From an uncultured Campylobacteraceae bacterium (GTDB taxonomy: Bacteria; Campylobacterota; Campylobacteria; Campylobacterales; JALSKU01): a stretch of 64,000 nt of DNA. This document shows, one piece after another, positions 19,719-30,586 of the stretch. Under the pieces are notes generated by a model. It saw only the letters and a program-made list of their open reading frames with translations. It ran no database searches and had not been told where the DNA came from. The position numbers and the translations under genes were made by a program. The stretch lies in the NCBI GenBank assembly GCA_964556545.1, contig CAZKWE010000059.1, positions 24,481 through 88,480 on the forward strand, in the 5' to 3' direction. Each line of letters starts with the position of its first letter. Position 1 is the first letter of the stretch.

Positions 19719-21077
19719 TTACATCCAATCTATAAGTTTTGAAACCTCTTTTACTTCAAAATATTTCAAACCGTCCATAGGTGAAACAGGCTTTGAAGGG
19801 ATTATAGCTTTTTTAAATTTTTGCACTGCAGCTTCTTTAAGTCTTAAATCAAGATTAAAAATATCTCTTACATTGCCTATAAGAGTAATTTCTCCAAGAA
19901 AAACAGTATCTTTGCTTAAAGGTCTGTTTCTAAAACTGCTTATAATCGCAGCAACGATAGCTATATCGCAAGCTGTTTCATTTATTTTTATACCTCCTGC
20001 GATATTGATGAAAACATCATAATTGTTTAAGGGAAGTCCCAATTTTTTTTCAAGCAGAGCTAAAAGCATATTGAGCCTGTTTAGCTCAAATCCGGTTGCA
20101 CTTCTTTTGGGATTTGGAAAATTACTTTCACTTACAAGTGCCTGTACTTCAAGTATGATGGCTCGTGTGCCTTCCATGGCAACTGTTATGGCAGATCCCG
20201 GTTGGCTTGCATCTCTGGAAAAAAACTTTTTTGATATATTTTCCGCACTTATCAAGCCTTTTTGAGTCATTTCAAATATTCCTACTTCGCTGGTTGAACC
20301 GAAACGATTCTTTATGCTTCTTAAAAGTCTTATCTCTTTTGAAGTATCCCCCTCAAAATATAAAACCGTATCTACCATATGTTCAAGTATCCTCGGACCT
20401 GCGATTGAGCCTTCTTTGGTGATATGTCCTATGATAAACACTGCTGTGGAGTTTTCTTTTCCCCACCTCATAAGATCAAAAGTTATCTCTCTCACCTGTG
20501 ATACGCTTCCCGGTGCGGCGGTAAGTTTGTTTGAGTATAAAGTTTGAATAGAATCAACTATAAGCATATCATAATGATTTTTTTCAAGCTCGATAAATAC
20601 ATTTTCAAGTTCAATTTCAGTTAAAAGATATATATTGTCATGGTTTACTTCAAGCCTGTTTGCTCTTAGTTTTATTTGTGATTTTGACTCTTCCCCGCTT
20701 ACATATAAAACTTTTTGACCGCTTTTTGCCAAATTACCTGCAATTTTTAAAAGAAGAGTTGATTTGCCAACCCCGGGACTGCCCCCTATGAGTACCAAAC
20801 TACCGGGTACTATGCCACCGCCAAGTACAAGATCCAATTCTTTAGAATTTGATGAATATCTTTGTATATTTTCTTCTTTGATTTGTGTTAGCGGTTCAGC
20901 TGATTGGATCTCTTTTTTATGTTGAGAAGTTTGTTTAAGAATTTCAATTTGTGTTTTGCTTAATTCGACTATCTGTTCCCATGCACCGCAATTCGGACAC
21001 TTTCCCATCCACTTTGAAGTCTGATATCCGCATGCCTGGCATTCAAAAAGCTGTTTTGATTTAGCCATCTTGCCCAT
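19719..21077 (-). CDS. radA: DNA repair protein RadA/Sms
   Basis: 452 aa. N-terminal zinc finger [21 protein letters not shown], Walker [11 protein letters not shown], a RadA-type motif region, and a Lon-like C-terminus. Confidence 0.95.
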   Translation of the reverse strand: MGKMAKSKQLFECQACGYQTSKWMGKCPNCGAWEQIVELSKTQIEILKQTSQHKKEIQSAEPLTQIKEENIQRYSSNSKELDLVLGGGIVPGSLVLIGGSPGVGKSTLLLKIAGNLAKSGQKVLYVSGEESKSQIKLRANRLEVNHDNIYLLTEIELENVFIELEKNHYDMLIVDSIQTLYSNKLTAAPGSVSQVREITFDLMRWGKENSTAVFIIGHITKEGSIAGPRILEHMVDTVLYFEGDTSKEIRLLRSIKNRFGSTSEVGIFEMTQKGLISAENISKKFFSRDASQPGSAITVAMEGTRAIILEVQALVSESNFPNPKRSATGFELNRLNMLLALLEKKLGLPLNNYDVFINIAGGIKINETACDIAIVAAIISSFRNRPLSKDTVFLGEITLIGNVRDIFNLDLRLKEAAVQKFKKAIIPSKPVSPMDGLKYFEVKEVSKLIDWM

Positions 21078-21948
21078 TTGTAAAAAAAGAATCCAAAAGC
21101 CCGTCTACGAACTCATTCGGGTCAAATTTCACCAAATCATTCTCTTTTTCACCCATGCCTATGTATAAAATAGGAAGTTTCAGTTCGCTTGCTATACTAA
21201 AAAGTGCTCCGCCTTTGGCAGTTCCGTCCAACTTGGTAATGATAATCGCATCTATACCTACAATTTCCTTAAAAGCTTTTGCCTGATTTATTGCCGAGTT
21301 TCCCTGTGTTCCGTCAAGTATAAGTATTTTTTGGTGCGGTGCTCCTTCTTTTGCCTTGTTGCAAATACGCACAATTTTTTTTATCTCATTTGAAAGATTT
21401 GTCTGATTGTGAAGCCTGCCCGCAGTATCAATCAGAACATTGTCATATCCTTTGGCAATTGCGGATTTTATGGTATCGTAAGCTACTGCCGAAGGATCAT
21501 GTCCTTGTTTGGTAGCAATCACGGGGATATCAAGTTTTTGTGCCCATTTTTTTAGCTGTTCTACCGCAGCTGCTCTAAAAGTATCACTGGCTCCGAGCAT
21601 CACTTTTTTACCTGATTTTTTATAAAAGTTGGCAAGTTTGGCTATGGTGGTAGTTTTGCCGGCACCATTAACCCCGAGTATTAATTCCACAAATGGTTTT
21701 ATATCATTTTTGGGATTATTTTTTATTTCCAAAAAATATGATAAAAGTACTCTTTTAAGATCATCTCTTTTTACCCATTCACCTGCAGGAAGATAGAGTA
21801 TTATCTCTTCAACTGTCTCATAAGTAACATCAGCTTCAAGAAGTATATCTTCCAAGTCTTCTTTGGTAATTTTTTCTTTTTTTTGCGGAGCAATATGTTT
21901 TATAGCTTCAGTTGTTTTTTTAAGAGATTTTTTTATAAAACTTATCAT
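21061..21948 (-). CDS. ftsY: Signal recognition particle receptor FtsY
   Basis: 295 aa. SRP GTPase motifs [22 protein letters not shown] and [10 protein letters not shown]. Confidence 0.92.
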   Translation of the reverse strand: MISFIKKSLKKTTEAIKHIAPQKKEKITKEDLEDILLEADVTYETVEEIILYLPAGEWVKRDDLKRVLLSYFLEIKNNPKNDIKPFVELILGVNGAGKTTTIAKLANFYKKSGKKVMLGASDTFRAAAVEQLKKWAQKLDIPVIATKQGHDPSAVAYDTIKSAIAKGYDNVLIDTAGRLHNQTNLSNEIKKIVRICNKAKEGAPHQKILILDGTQGNSAINQAKAFKEIVGIDAIIITKLDGTAKGGALFSIASELKLPILYIGMGEKENDLVKFDPNEFVDGLLDSFFTNGQDG

Positions 21949-22520
21949 TTGCCAATCTCTTTTTGTATATCGGAATTTATCATCTCTTCGGGTATTATGC
22001 CTATATAGTGAGTAATAGTTTGACCATTTTTATCGTAAAGTATCATAAAAGGTATATTTTGTATCCCACCTAAAATATTTGACAGTTTAAAGTTATTTTT
22101 ATCGTTTGTTACAGTATAATTGATATGGTTATAGTCTATAAAACTTTGTATTTCACTGTCAGGTTTGTCATCTTCTAAAAGGATAGATATAACTTTCAGT
22201 TTATTTTTGTATTTTTTTTGAAGATTAATCAAATGGGGAATTTCTGCTTTGCAAGGCGGACACCAAGTGGCAAAAAAGTTTAAAAGTATGATTTTCCCGT
22301 TATTGTCTTTTAACTTTAAGTTATTTTTATCTTTTATAAAAATAATATCTTTTGCATTAACACTATGAAGTTTTAATTTGATTGTATCATAATGTTTTTG
22401 TGATAGTTTCTCAATCGAAGAATTGTTTATTTTTTCTTTTTTATCCTCTTTTTTATCGTTAGAACACCCTGATATTCCAAATGTCAATAAAGCCAAAAGT
22501 ATAAGAGATAATATTTTCAT
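21945..22520 (-). CDS. TlpA/ResA-like thiol:disulfide oxidoreductase lipoprotein
   Basis: 191 aa. Lipobox (FGISGC) and thioredoxin-fold active site [12 protein letters not shown]. Confidence 0.8.
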   Translation of the reverse strand: MKILSLILLALLTFGISGCSNDKKEDKKEKINNSSIEKLSQKHYDTIKLKLHSVNAKDIIFIKDKNNLKLKDNNGKIILLNFFATWCPPCKAEIPHLINLQKKYKNKLKVISILLEDDKPDSEIQSFIDYNHINYTVTNDKNNFKLSNILGGIQNIPFMILYDKNGQTITHYIGIIPEEMINSDIQKEIGK

Positions 22521-22598
22521 ATAAATAAAAGCCTTTTTGTAAAATAATTTTTGGTATTATATCAAGATATTATAAAATTATCCCAAAGGTCTGAAATT

Positions 22599-23252
22599 AT
22601 GTTGGTCAGTAAAGCGGTATTTAGAGAACAGTGTAAAAAAAGATTATTGAAAAGCTCTAAAATATCAAAGTATTATAAAGATAAAATGATCGAAAAACAC
22701 TTGGAAAAAGTTATAAACATTTACAATCCTAAAAATATTCTTGCATATATACCTTTTGGATTTGAAGCTGATATTGTGACATTTATAAACAAATTAAGAA
22801 AAAAATATAACATATTTGTCCCATTTATGGAAGGTGTCAGTTTTAAAATTGTAAAATATAGACTGCCATTATGTGAAAAAAGATTTTCTATAAAAGAACC
22901 GGGCAACTCTTTTTTTAAGTTTGTAAGAGTTGATATAGCTATAGTTCCTGTCTTAGGAGTTGGCAAGAATTGTAAAAGAGTAGGTTTTGGCAAAGGTATG
23001 TATGATAGATATTTTGCAAGTCTTGACTACAAGCCGATAATTATTTTTGTACAGATTGAAAAATGTTTTAATAAAAATGCTACTACTGATAAATACGACA
23101 TACAATCTGATTATTATATAACTCCTAAAAAAATTTATATAACAAGGGGAAAAAGATATGATAGTAGAGATATCATTGGCAGCGGCAAGCCTTATTGTAG
23201 GAGGAGTTTTAGGAGCATTGGTTCAAAAAAAGCTCGAATCTTCAAAATTTGA
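22599..23252 (+). CDS. 5-formyltetrahydrofolate cyclo-ligase
   Basis: GFGKGMYDRYF motif and overall 5-FCL pattern. I prefer the ATG at 22599 (AAAGG upstream) to the TTG at 22551. The 3' tail overlaps the rny start by 95 nt. Confidence 0.7.
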   Translation: MLVSKAVFREQCKKRLLKSSKISKYYKDKMIEKHLEKVINIYNPKNILAYIPFGFEADIVTFINKLRKKYNIFVPFMEGVSFKIVKYRLPLCEKRFSIKEPGNSFFKFVRVDIAIVPVLGVGKNCKRVGFGKGMYDRYFASLDYKPIIIFVQIEKCFNKNATTDKYDIQSDYYITPKKIYITRGKRYDSRDIIGSGKPYCRRSFRSIGSKKARIFKI

Positions 23253-24726
23253 AGTTTACGAAGCAGGTGCAAAAGCAAAAGCAAAAGCCATAGAGCATGA
23301 AGCTGAACTGATACTTAGAAATGCAAATCTTAAAGCAAAAGATTTGGAGCTTGAAGCAAAAAACAGATTTGAAGAGGAAGCAAGAGAATTAAAAAAAGAG
23401 TATGAGCAGAAAATGGCTCAACTTGAAAAAAAAGATAACGCCTTAAATGATCTTTTTAAAGATGAACTTAAAAATATAACAAAAGAGAAAGATGAAATTA
23501 AAATAATAAAAAAAGAGGTAGAAGAAAAGTCTAAAGAAATCGAAGAACTTAAAAAAGAGTATCAAGATAAATTAAATGATGCACTGAAAGTTCTTGAAAG
23601 GTCAGCCGGTTTAACTGAGAAAGAAGCAAGAGAGATAGTCTTAAAAAAGGTTGAAGAAAACTCCAGAGCCGATATAGCCCATATAGTAAGAAAATATGAA
23701 GAACAAGCAAAACAAGAAGCAAAGAAAAAAGCTAATTTTATCATTGCTCAAGCAACTACAAGATATGCAGGCGACTATGCTGCTGAGAGACTTATAAATG
23801 TAGTGAGTCTCCCAAATGATGATCTCAAAGGCAGAATTATAGGAAAAGAGGGAAGAAATATCAAAACTCTTGAAATGCTTTTAGGTGTTGATGTTATTAT
23901 AGATGATACTCCGGGAGCTATTATCTTGAGCAGTTTCAATCTCTACAGAAGAGCAATTGCAACGAAAGTTATAGAATTGCTTGTGGAAGACGGAAGAATA
24001 CAGCCTGCAAGAATAGAAGATATATATGAAAAAGTAAAAACCGAATTCGATCAGAGTCTTATGGATGAGGGTCAGGATATTGTAGTTGATATGGGTCTTA
24101 CAAAAATTCATCCGGAGATTGTAAAACTTATCGGAAGATTGAAATTTCGTGCAAGTTACGGTCAAAATGCACTTGGACACTCTTTGGAAGTTGCTCATCT
24201 TGCAGGTATCATAGCAGCAGAACTTGGCGGAGATGAACAACTTGCAAAAAGAGCGGGATTGCTACATGATATAGGAAAAGCTTTGACTCATGATTTTGCA
24301 GGAAGCCATGTGGATCTTGGTGCGGATCTTTGCAAAAGATATAAAGAGCATCCTATTGTTATCAATGCCATATATGCTCATCACGGACACGAGGAGCCTA
24401 CAAGTGTAGAATCAGCCGCTGTTTGTGCGGCAGATACATTAAGTGCCGCAAGACCGGGAGCGAGAAGAGAAGTGCTTGAAGCATTTTTAAAGAGGGTTCA
24501 AGAGATTGAAGAGATAGCAACTTCAAAAGATGGTATAAAACAAGCTTATGCAATCAATGCAGGAAGAGAAATAAGAGTTATAGCCAATGCCAAACTTGTA
24601 AATGATGATGAAGCTGTACTTATTTCAAAAGAGATAGCAAAAGAGATTGAGGAAAAAGTTCAATATCCGGGAGAAATAAAAGTAAATGTCATAAGAGAGC
24701 TAAGAGCCGTAGGATATGCAAGATAA
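23158..24726 (+). CDS. rny: Ribonuclease Y
   Basis: 522 aa. N-terminal TM, long K/E-rich coiled coil, KH domain (GRIIGKEGRNIKTLE), and HD domain (LLHDIGKA...HHG). AAGGGGA RBS. Confidence 0.92.
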   Translation: MIVEISLAAASLIVGGVLGALVQKKLESSKFEVYEAGAKAKAKAIEHEAELILRNANLKAKDLELEAKNRFEEEARELKKEYEQKMAQLEKKDNALNDLFKDELKNITKEKDEIKIIKKEVEEKSKEIEELKKEYQDKLNDALKVLERSAGLTEKEAREIVLKKVEENSRADIAHIVRKYEEQAKQEAKKKANFIIAQATTRYAGDYAAERLINVVSLPNDDLKGRIIGKEGRNIKTLEMLLGVDVIIDDTPGAIILSSFNLYRRAIATKVIELLVEDGRIQPARIEDIYEKVKTEFDQSLMDEGQDIVVDMGLTKIHPEIVKLIGRLKFRASYGQNALGHSLEVAHLAGIIAAELGGDEQLAKRAGLLHDIGKALTHDFAGSHVDLGADLCKRYKEHPIVINAIYAHHGHEEPTSVESAAVCAADTLSAARPGARREVLEAFLKRVQEIEEIATSKDGIKQAYAINAGREIRVIANAKLVNDDEAVLISKEIAKEIEEKVQYPGEIKVNVIRELRAVGYAR

Positions 24727-24797
24727 TATTTTTTCATTAGAGCTCTTTTAAAATTTAGCAAAAAAAGCTTGGAAAATTTCATGGATTTTTATATTTT

Positions 24798-24827
24798 ATT
24801 CAGCAGTATTTTTTTGTACTGCTGAAT
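24798..24827. terminator. Perfect 11-bp stem / 8-nt loop hairpin downstream of rny
   Basis: ATTCAGCAGTA-TTTTTTTG-TACTGCTGAAT lies about 70 nt after the rny stop. The T-rich stretch is in the loop rather than trailing, so function as an intrinsic terminator is uncertain. Confidence 0.3.
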
Positions 24828-25012
24828 GTAATTATAGATAAAAAAATTATATTTTTTAGACAATATAGATAAACTTTCTCACAATTATATAAAATTCATT
24901 ACAACCTTGTTTAATTTTTCATTTCTTCTTTCTGCAAATTATATAATAATATAATCAAATAAAATATACATAAATATAATATTATGATATAATTACATAT
25001 TTATGATATATT

Positions 25013-25900
25013 TTGGGAGAGGTTTTGTTTAAAAAATTTTTTTTATATTTTGTTGTTATTTTTATTTTTTCGGGATGTGGGGGCGATTCTTCTAAAAAAC
25101 CGTTGATTATCGTATCAAATGCATGGATTGGATATGCTCCTTTATTTTATGCACAAGAAAAAGGTTATTTAAAAGAAGTAGATATAAATGTTATTTCGGT
25201 TGTTTCTCTTGCTGAGGCGATGGATGTTTTTATGGTCGGCAGAGCCGATATGGTTACTACTACTGAGCATGAATATAAAAAAATAAAACGGCAGTTTCAA
25301 GACTTTGTGCCTATTATTTTACTGGATAGATCCGACGGTGGAGATATGATACTTTCCAATAAAACCATTCGGGAATTAAAACAAAGCAACCAAATTGATG
25401 CATATTTGGAAGTGGATAGTATAAACTTTGACATATTGAGCGAGTTTTTAAAAAAAGAAGGTATTTCCAAAAAAAAGATAATTTTTCACAATGAAGACCA
25501 GGCATCCATGCAATCTTTAAAGTACAGATCAATTCCAACGATTATAGTTACTTATGTGCCATATGATTATACATTTAAAAAAAAGGGATATTTCGAAGTT
25601 GCTTCAACAAGCAATTTAAAAACAATCGTTGTTATAGATGCATTGTGTACCACAAAGGGTATTGTAAAAAAATATAAAAATAGATTGCTCAAGTTAAAAA
25701 ATATCATAGATAAATCTATAAAAGAGATTACGGTCGATAAGAAAAAATCATACAAGATGGTTGCACCGTATATTGATAATATATTCTATAAAGAATATAT
25801 AGATGCATTTAAAACTCTTAAGTGGATAAATCACCCTGATGATAAAATTTTAAATGTTATAAAAAAACTCGGATATGAAACAGGTGATATGATAAAATGA
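25013..25900 (+). CDS. Periplasmic substrate-binding-protein-like lipoprotein (NMT1/SsuA-like)
   Basis: 295 aa. Lipobox IFSGCGG. ...IIVSNAWIGYAPLFYAQEKGYLK... resembles ABC aliphatic sulfonate/nitrate-type binding proteins. The stop overlaps the start of the GGDEF-EAL gene (ATGA). The start codon (TTG at 25013 or 25025) is uncertain. Confidence 0.55.
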   Translation: MGEVLFKKFFLYFVVIFIFSGCGGDSSKKPLIIVSNAWIGYAPLFYAQEKGYLKEVDINVISVVSLAEAMDVFMVGRADMVTTTEHEYKKIKRQFQDFVPIILLDRSDGGDMILSNKTIRELKQSNQIDAYLEVDSINFDILSEFLKKEGISKKKIIFHNEDQASMQSLKYRSIPTIIVTYVPYDYTFKKKGYFEVASTSNLKTIVVIDALCTTKGIVKKYKNRLLKLKNIIDKSIKEITVDKKKSYKMVAPYIDNIFYKEYIDAFKTLKWINHPDDKILNVIKKLGYETGDMIK

Positions 25901-27885
25901 AGCATAAGATATCGATTCGTTTTTTTATACTTATATTTTTATTGATTATGGGATTTGTCCAAATTGTATCTCTTTATCAATTTTACCATAAAGAAAAAAG
26001 AATTGTTGGCCATTTGGCTTCTGTTTCTGTAAAAGAAACTATTTTAAATGTATACCATATTGTCAAAAAAACATTGCAAAAGCAACAGGATATAAAAAAA
26101 TCAAAAGCAAAAATTGACAATATAAAAATAAGCAATAATTTTATAAAAAATATCATTATAACTGATGATAAAGCCCATATAATATATTCTTCGCAAAGAT
26201 CAAAGACAAAAATACCAAAAAATGTATGTAACAATTTAAAAAAATATGATAAAAATACTATTTTTTTATATAGTGCTTATAAAAAAGATATAGAGTTATA
26301 CCGTGGCATAAAAAGATATGTATATTTTGTATATGTTGTTACCGATAAAGATTATATCAATAAGCTTGTTATGAATGCTCTGTATGAAACATTGATATAT
26401 TTTTTCATAATGGCAATTATAACTATCGGTCTGTTTTGGGTATTTTTTGAAAGAGATATTATAATACCTTTGGAAAAACTAAGACAATTTGCCTATTATC
26501 ATACGCAAAAACCAAAAGAATTTCTTATAAAAGAACTTGAGAGCATCAGATATTCTCTTGATATAACTTTTGACAGACTTGAAAAGGAGCAAAGGGAGTT
26601 ATATAATCTCTCCACAAAAGATTCTCTTAGCGGGTTATATAACAGACTGAGTCTTTTTGATAAGATAGATTGGTTGATTTCAAAATCCAAAAGAGATCAG
26701 CAGAAGTTTGCAATTTTATTTATAGATTTGGATGATTTTAAAAATATCAATGACTTTTTAGGGCATGATATCGGAGATGAAGTTTTAAAAATTATAGCCA
26801 ACACCATTGAGCAGTCTGTTAGAGATATTGATTTTGTTGCAAGAATTGGTGGAGATGAATTTGTAGTTGTTCTGCCGGAATATGATAATAATATGCAAAT
26901 TGTGGAAGTTGCCAACAGAATTATAAATAATATATCAAAGCCCATAACGATAAATGATAAAAGTTTTACAATCGGTGCAAGTATCGGTATAGTTACATAT
27001 CCTAAAAACGCAAAAGATAAAACTGAACTTATAAAATATGCTGATATAGCCATGTACAAAGCAAAAGAATCTGGCAAGAATCAGTTTTACTTTTTTACAA
27101 GCAAATTAAATGAAAGCTTGCATGAAAAGTTAAGTATACAGCAAAAAATAAAAAAAGCTTTGAAAAATAATTACTTTGAACTTTACTATCAGCCAAAAGT
27201 TGATATGAAAAGTCAAAAGATTGTCGGATGTGAAGCACTTATAAGATGGAATGATCCTGTGCTTGGTTTTGTAACACCTGATAAGTTTATATCTATTGCG
27301 GAAGAAAACGGATATATAGTTGAAATTGGGGAATGGGTTTTGAAAGAAGCGGCACAACAGATCAAAAAATGGCAGGATACTCCTTTGAAAAACCTCAAAC
27401 TTTCATTTAATGTTTCTGCCAAACAATTTCAAGATATACATTTTTATGAAAAAATATACGAATACACAAAAGATATAGAAAAACAAAAACTTGATATCGA
27501 AATTACAGAATCTGTATTTCTGGATAATACTAAAAAACATATAGCAATTATACAAAAAATTAAAAAACTTGGTATTACTTTTTCGCTTGATGACTTTGGA
27601 ACCGGTTATTCTTCTTTGTCCTATCTAAGAGATATACCTCTTGATACTATTAAGATAGACAAAAGTTTTTTAGATAATTTTGACAATGAAAGCGGTAAAT
27701 CATTTATAAAAATGATTATAAACATAGGAAAAATTCTATCTATGGAAGTTGTTGCAGAGGGAGTGGAAAAAATAGAACAAATTGAGTTTTTAAAATCAAA
27801 CGAGTGTGATATATATCAGGGATATTATTTCTCAAAACCTCTTAAACTTCAAGAATTTGAAGAGCTTGTTTTCAGGCAGTTGTGA
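25897..27885 (+). CDS. Membrane-anchored diguanylate cyclase/phosphodiesterase (GGDEF + EAL)
   Basis: 662 aa with two TM segments flanking a periplasmic region. Intact GGDEF (ARIGGDEF) with RxxD I-site (RDID) five residues upstream. EAL domain motifs present: EALIRW, DDFGTGYSSL, KIDKSF, EGVE, QGYYFSKP. Confidence 0.9.
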   Translation: MKHKISIRFFILIFLLIMGFVQIVSLYQFYHKEKRIVGHLASVSVKETILNVYHIVKKTLQKQQDIKKSKAKIDNIKISNNFIKNIIITDDKAHIIYSSQRSKTKIPKNVCNNLKKYDKNTIFLYSAYKKDIELYRGIKRYVYFVYVVTDKDYINKLVMNALYETLIYFFIMAIITIGLFWVFFERDIIIPLEKLRQFAYYHTQKPKEFLIKELESIRYSLDITFDRLEKEQRELYNLSTKDSLSGLYNRLSLFDKIDWLISKSKRDQQKFAILFIDLDDFKNINDFLGHDIGDEVLKIIANTIEQSVRDIDFVARIGGDEFVVVLPEYDNNMQIVEVANRIINNISKPITINDKSFTIGASIGIVTYPKNAKDKTELIKYADIAMYKAKESGKNQFYFFTSKLNESLHEKLSIQQKIKKALKNNYFELYYQPKVDMKSQKIVGCEALIRWNDPVLGFVTPDKFISIAEENGYIVEIGEWVLKEAAQQIKKWQDTPLKNLKLSFNVSAKQFQDIHFYEKIYEYTKDIEKQKLDIEITESVFLDNTKKHIAIIQKIKKLGITFSLDDFGTGYSSLSYLRDIPLDTIKIDKSFLDNFDNESGKSFIKMIINIGKILSMEVVAEGVEKIEQIEFLKSNECDIYQGYYFSKPLKLQEFEELVFRQL

Positions 27886-27982
27886 TATGCTTGCAAGTAC
27901 CCAGCCAAAAATCTCGACTAATAGCACAAAAAAACTTTACTTTTATTTGTCGATTTTTATATAAGCAAATAAAAAATTGCAA

Positions 27983-28540
27983 TCAAGGATGAGGAATTTT
28001 AATCTTTGAGTTTAAGAGATAACCGGTTAAAATGATAAGAGAAAGTATAATAAAACCATTTTGTATGATAGCAAAATACCACAAAAGATAGTATATCCAC
28101 AAAAGTATGGCTCCAAGCGGAGTTGGAATACCCATAAAATACTTGCTTACTTCTCCGGCATTATTTTGCAGATTAAATATAATAAGTCTTCTAATACCGC
28201 TTATGTAATAGTATATTAAAGTGATACCGGCTATCATTTCATAAAAAAAGCTACTATTGTTAAAAATTGCATAAAAGATAAACATAACAGGTACCAAGAC
28301 AAAGCTTAAAGAATCGGCAAAAGAGTCAAGCTGTACTCCAAACTCGGTTGAAAGATTGTATTTTCTGGCAATTTTTCCATCAAATATATCAAAAGCACCT
28401 CCAAGCCATGCAAAAAGTGCAGCCTGGAAAAACTGAGTGTGTGTGATAAAATATATGGCTATCAGCCCAAAAGAGATATTGGCAAATGTAAAAATATTTG
28501 CCAAATTAAAGTGAGAGTTTTTGTTGTATAAAAAATTCAT
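27983..28540 (-). CDS. CDP-alcohol phosphatidyltransferase (phosphatidylserine synthase-like)
   Basis: 185 aa polytopic protein. CDP-OH-P motif DIFDGKIARKYNLSTEFGVQLDSFADSLSF. Confidence 0.8.
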   Translation of the reverse strand: MNFLYNKNSHFNLANIFTFANISFGLIAIYFITHTQFFQAALFAWLGGAFDIFDGKIARKYNLSTEFGVQLDSFADSLSFVLVPVMFIFYAIFNNSSFFYEMIAGITLIYYYISGIRRLIIFNLQNNAGEVSKYFMGIPTPLGAILLWIYYLLWYFAIIQNGFIILSLIILTGYLLNSKIKIPHP

Positions 28541-29826
28541 TTGTTTACCTTTTCAAAATATTGTTCAAGCATATCTTGTTCAAATTCATCATTGCTACTG
28601 TATTCATAGCCAAAACATTCTTTCCACAAGGAGTGAGGTTCCATACAAAGATAGAAAAAAACTTTTTTATGCCAATTTTTAAATGCTTCGTATGAAGTTT
28701 TGAACATTTCAATTTTTGTATCTGTTTTGTATGATAATTTCCCTTTCACATCAACAAGAGGAATTTGATGTATCTTTGTTTTAAATTCTCTATCTCTTAT
28801 CTGTTTTAAAACAGGTTTTATAAATGTAAGAGTTCCAAAAGAAACCATGGCAACTTCACTACTTGAAAATTCATCCTGTAATCTTTTGTAAATTGCTGTA
28901 TAATCTTTCAAATAATTTTCATATTCTACTATGGGATGAAAATGAAAACCTACTTTAATGCCTTTATCGGCTACTTTTCTTGCCGAAGAGATTCTTTTGT
29001 CAAGTTTTGCGGTTAAATGTTCTTCGTTTTCTATGATTACCGGGGTGTTTAAAGACCAAGTGACTATAACATTTTTGGGGATATTGTTTTCAAGAAGGTA
29101 TTTGATATTGTCTGATTTTGTTTTAAGCTCAAGAATAATATTTTGATGCTTCTTTGCAAAATCAAAAACAGCATCTAAAATTCCTTCTTTGTTTCCCCAC
29201 ATTAGAGAGTCTGAGCTTTGACCTGTGCCTATATGGTATCTTTTGTTCGGATCAAGTTTTATCTCTTTTAGTTTTTTATCAAAATTTTTATTGAAAATTA
29301 CTTGATTTTGGTTATAAAATGATTGGATAGAACAGTAAGAACAGTCAAATCCGCAACTCTCAACCGCATCAAGTGTAAAAAGATTGCAACATCTTGTTTT
29401 TTCACTTGCTACAGGGCATTGTCCAAGCCCAAGGGAATTTTTTTCAACTGTTTTTGTTGTAACTCCTTTTGGATGATACTCTTCTTTGGATGAAAAATTT
29501 GAGTAACTGTTTGGTTTTGTTTTTAACTCTTCATATCTTTTATATAGATTATTTAGCAACTCTTTTTTGGTGTGTTTTATATCATCACTTTTTTTTACCG
29601 GTATTTTTAAAAATTTATTTATATTTCCTTCATCCCATATATTGATATCATTTGCTATGGTTATGAGATTTTTTATCTCGGATACACTTAGTAAAAAATC
29701 CAAGCTGAACTTTTTTATAAAATTTTGCTCATCTTTGGATAATTTTTTAAAATTTGTATGTTTTATGGCATTATCAAATTTATCTGATTGTTTTTGCATA
29801 AGCAACATAAGTTTTTTATTTTTCAC
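28537..29826 (-). CDS. Radical SAM protein, spore-photoproduct-lyase (SplB/COG1533)-like, with about 130-aa N-terminal extension
   Basis: 429 aa. CxxxCxxC cluster motif CGFDCSYCSIQSFY preceded by CPVASEKTRCCNLFTLD, as in SPL-family enzymes. 4-nt overlap with the downstream phosphatidyltransferase gene. Confidence 0.65.
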   Translation of the reverse strand: MKNKKLMLLMQKQSDKFDNAIKHTNFKKLSKDEQNFIKKFSLDFLLSVSEIKNLITIANDINIWDEGNINKFLKIPVKKSDDIKHTKKELLNNLYKRYEELKTKPNSYSNFSSKEEYHPKGVTTKTVEKNSLGLGQCPVASEKTRCCNLFTLDAVESCGFDCSYCSIQSFYNQNQVIFNKNFDKKLKEIKLDPNKRYHIGTGQSSDSLMWGNKEGILDAVFDFAKKHQNIILELKTKSDNIKYLLENNIPKNVIVTWSLNTPVIIENEEHLTAKLDKRISSARKVADKGIKVGFHFHPIVEYENYLKDYTAIYKRLQDEFSSSEVAMVSFGTLTFIKPVLKQIRDREFKTKIHQIPLVDVKGKLSYKTDTKIEMFKTSYEAFKNWHKKVFFYLCMEPHSLWKECFGYEYSSNDEFEQDMLEQYFEKVNK

Positions 29827-29890
29827 CTGAAAATATCCTTTTTGTCAGAAAATAAAATCATAAAAGGTTCATTCTTAATCGGAATTGTAC

Positions 29891-30586
29891 TCAACCCTTC
29901 TTTTTATCTATCTTAAAAAGTTGGGGTTCTATGGTTATATCGGTTGAGATAAAGCTTTGTTTTTTTTGAATTATATCTTTTATGAGGTTTGCTATATCTG
30001 TCGGATTTATAAAACTTAAATTGTCTTTTGAGGGACAAAAATCAAGTTCGTTAAAAAATGAAGTATTTGTTATATCCGGATTAATATTGATAATTTTTAT
30101 ACCACTTTTTCTTGCTTCGTAAAATAATGAGATGCCAAAATGTCTCAAAGCTGCTTTTGTTGCTCCGTAGACTGCACCTCTTGGGGCCGGTTTTATGCCT
30201 GAGATGGAGTTGATATTGAAAATATAACCTCTGTTTTTTTTGATAGATCTTAAAAATATTTTACTTAAAAGCAATGGGGCGGTTAAGTTTACCTCTATCA
30301 TATTTTCTATATCTTTTATACTCAATTCTTCATGCGGAGCAAATCTTCCAAGTCCGGCACAATTGATAAGTATGTCGACATCCTTTTTTTTATAAGTTTC
30401 AATAAATCTGTGAAGTTCTTTTTTATCGCTCAAATCGCACACTATGGGAATAAAGTTTTCATTTTTTATATTGCATTGTTTAAAATTTCTACCTATCCCC
30501 AGGACTTTATATCCGCAAGAAAGTAAAGCTTTTGCTATTTCTTTGCCTATACCGCTGCTTGCACCGCTGATAACAACATTTTTCAT
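29891..30586 (-). CDS. Short-chain dehydrogenase/reductase (SDR)
   Basis: 231 aa. Cofactor motif ISGASSGIGKEIA, NCAG, and catalytic YGATKAAL (YxxxK). Confidence 0.85.
   Translation of the reverse strand: MKNVVISGASSGIGKEIAKALLSCGYKVLGIGRNFKQCNIKNENFIPIVCDLSDKKELHRFIETYKKKDVDILINCAGLGRFAPHEELSIKDIENMIEVNLTAPLLLSKIFLRSIKKNRGYIFNINSISGIKPAPRGAVYGATKAALRHFGISLFYEARKSGIKIININPDITNTSFFNELDFCPSKDNLSFINPTDIANLIKDIIQKKQSFISTDITIEPQLFKIDKKKG

Noticed and set aside
22551-22598. TTG start at 22551 for the 5-FCL gene.
   Set aside because: The ATG at 22599 is preceded by AAAGG and removes a non-conserved 16-aa leader. The TTG start would begin only 30 nt from the divergent upstream gene.
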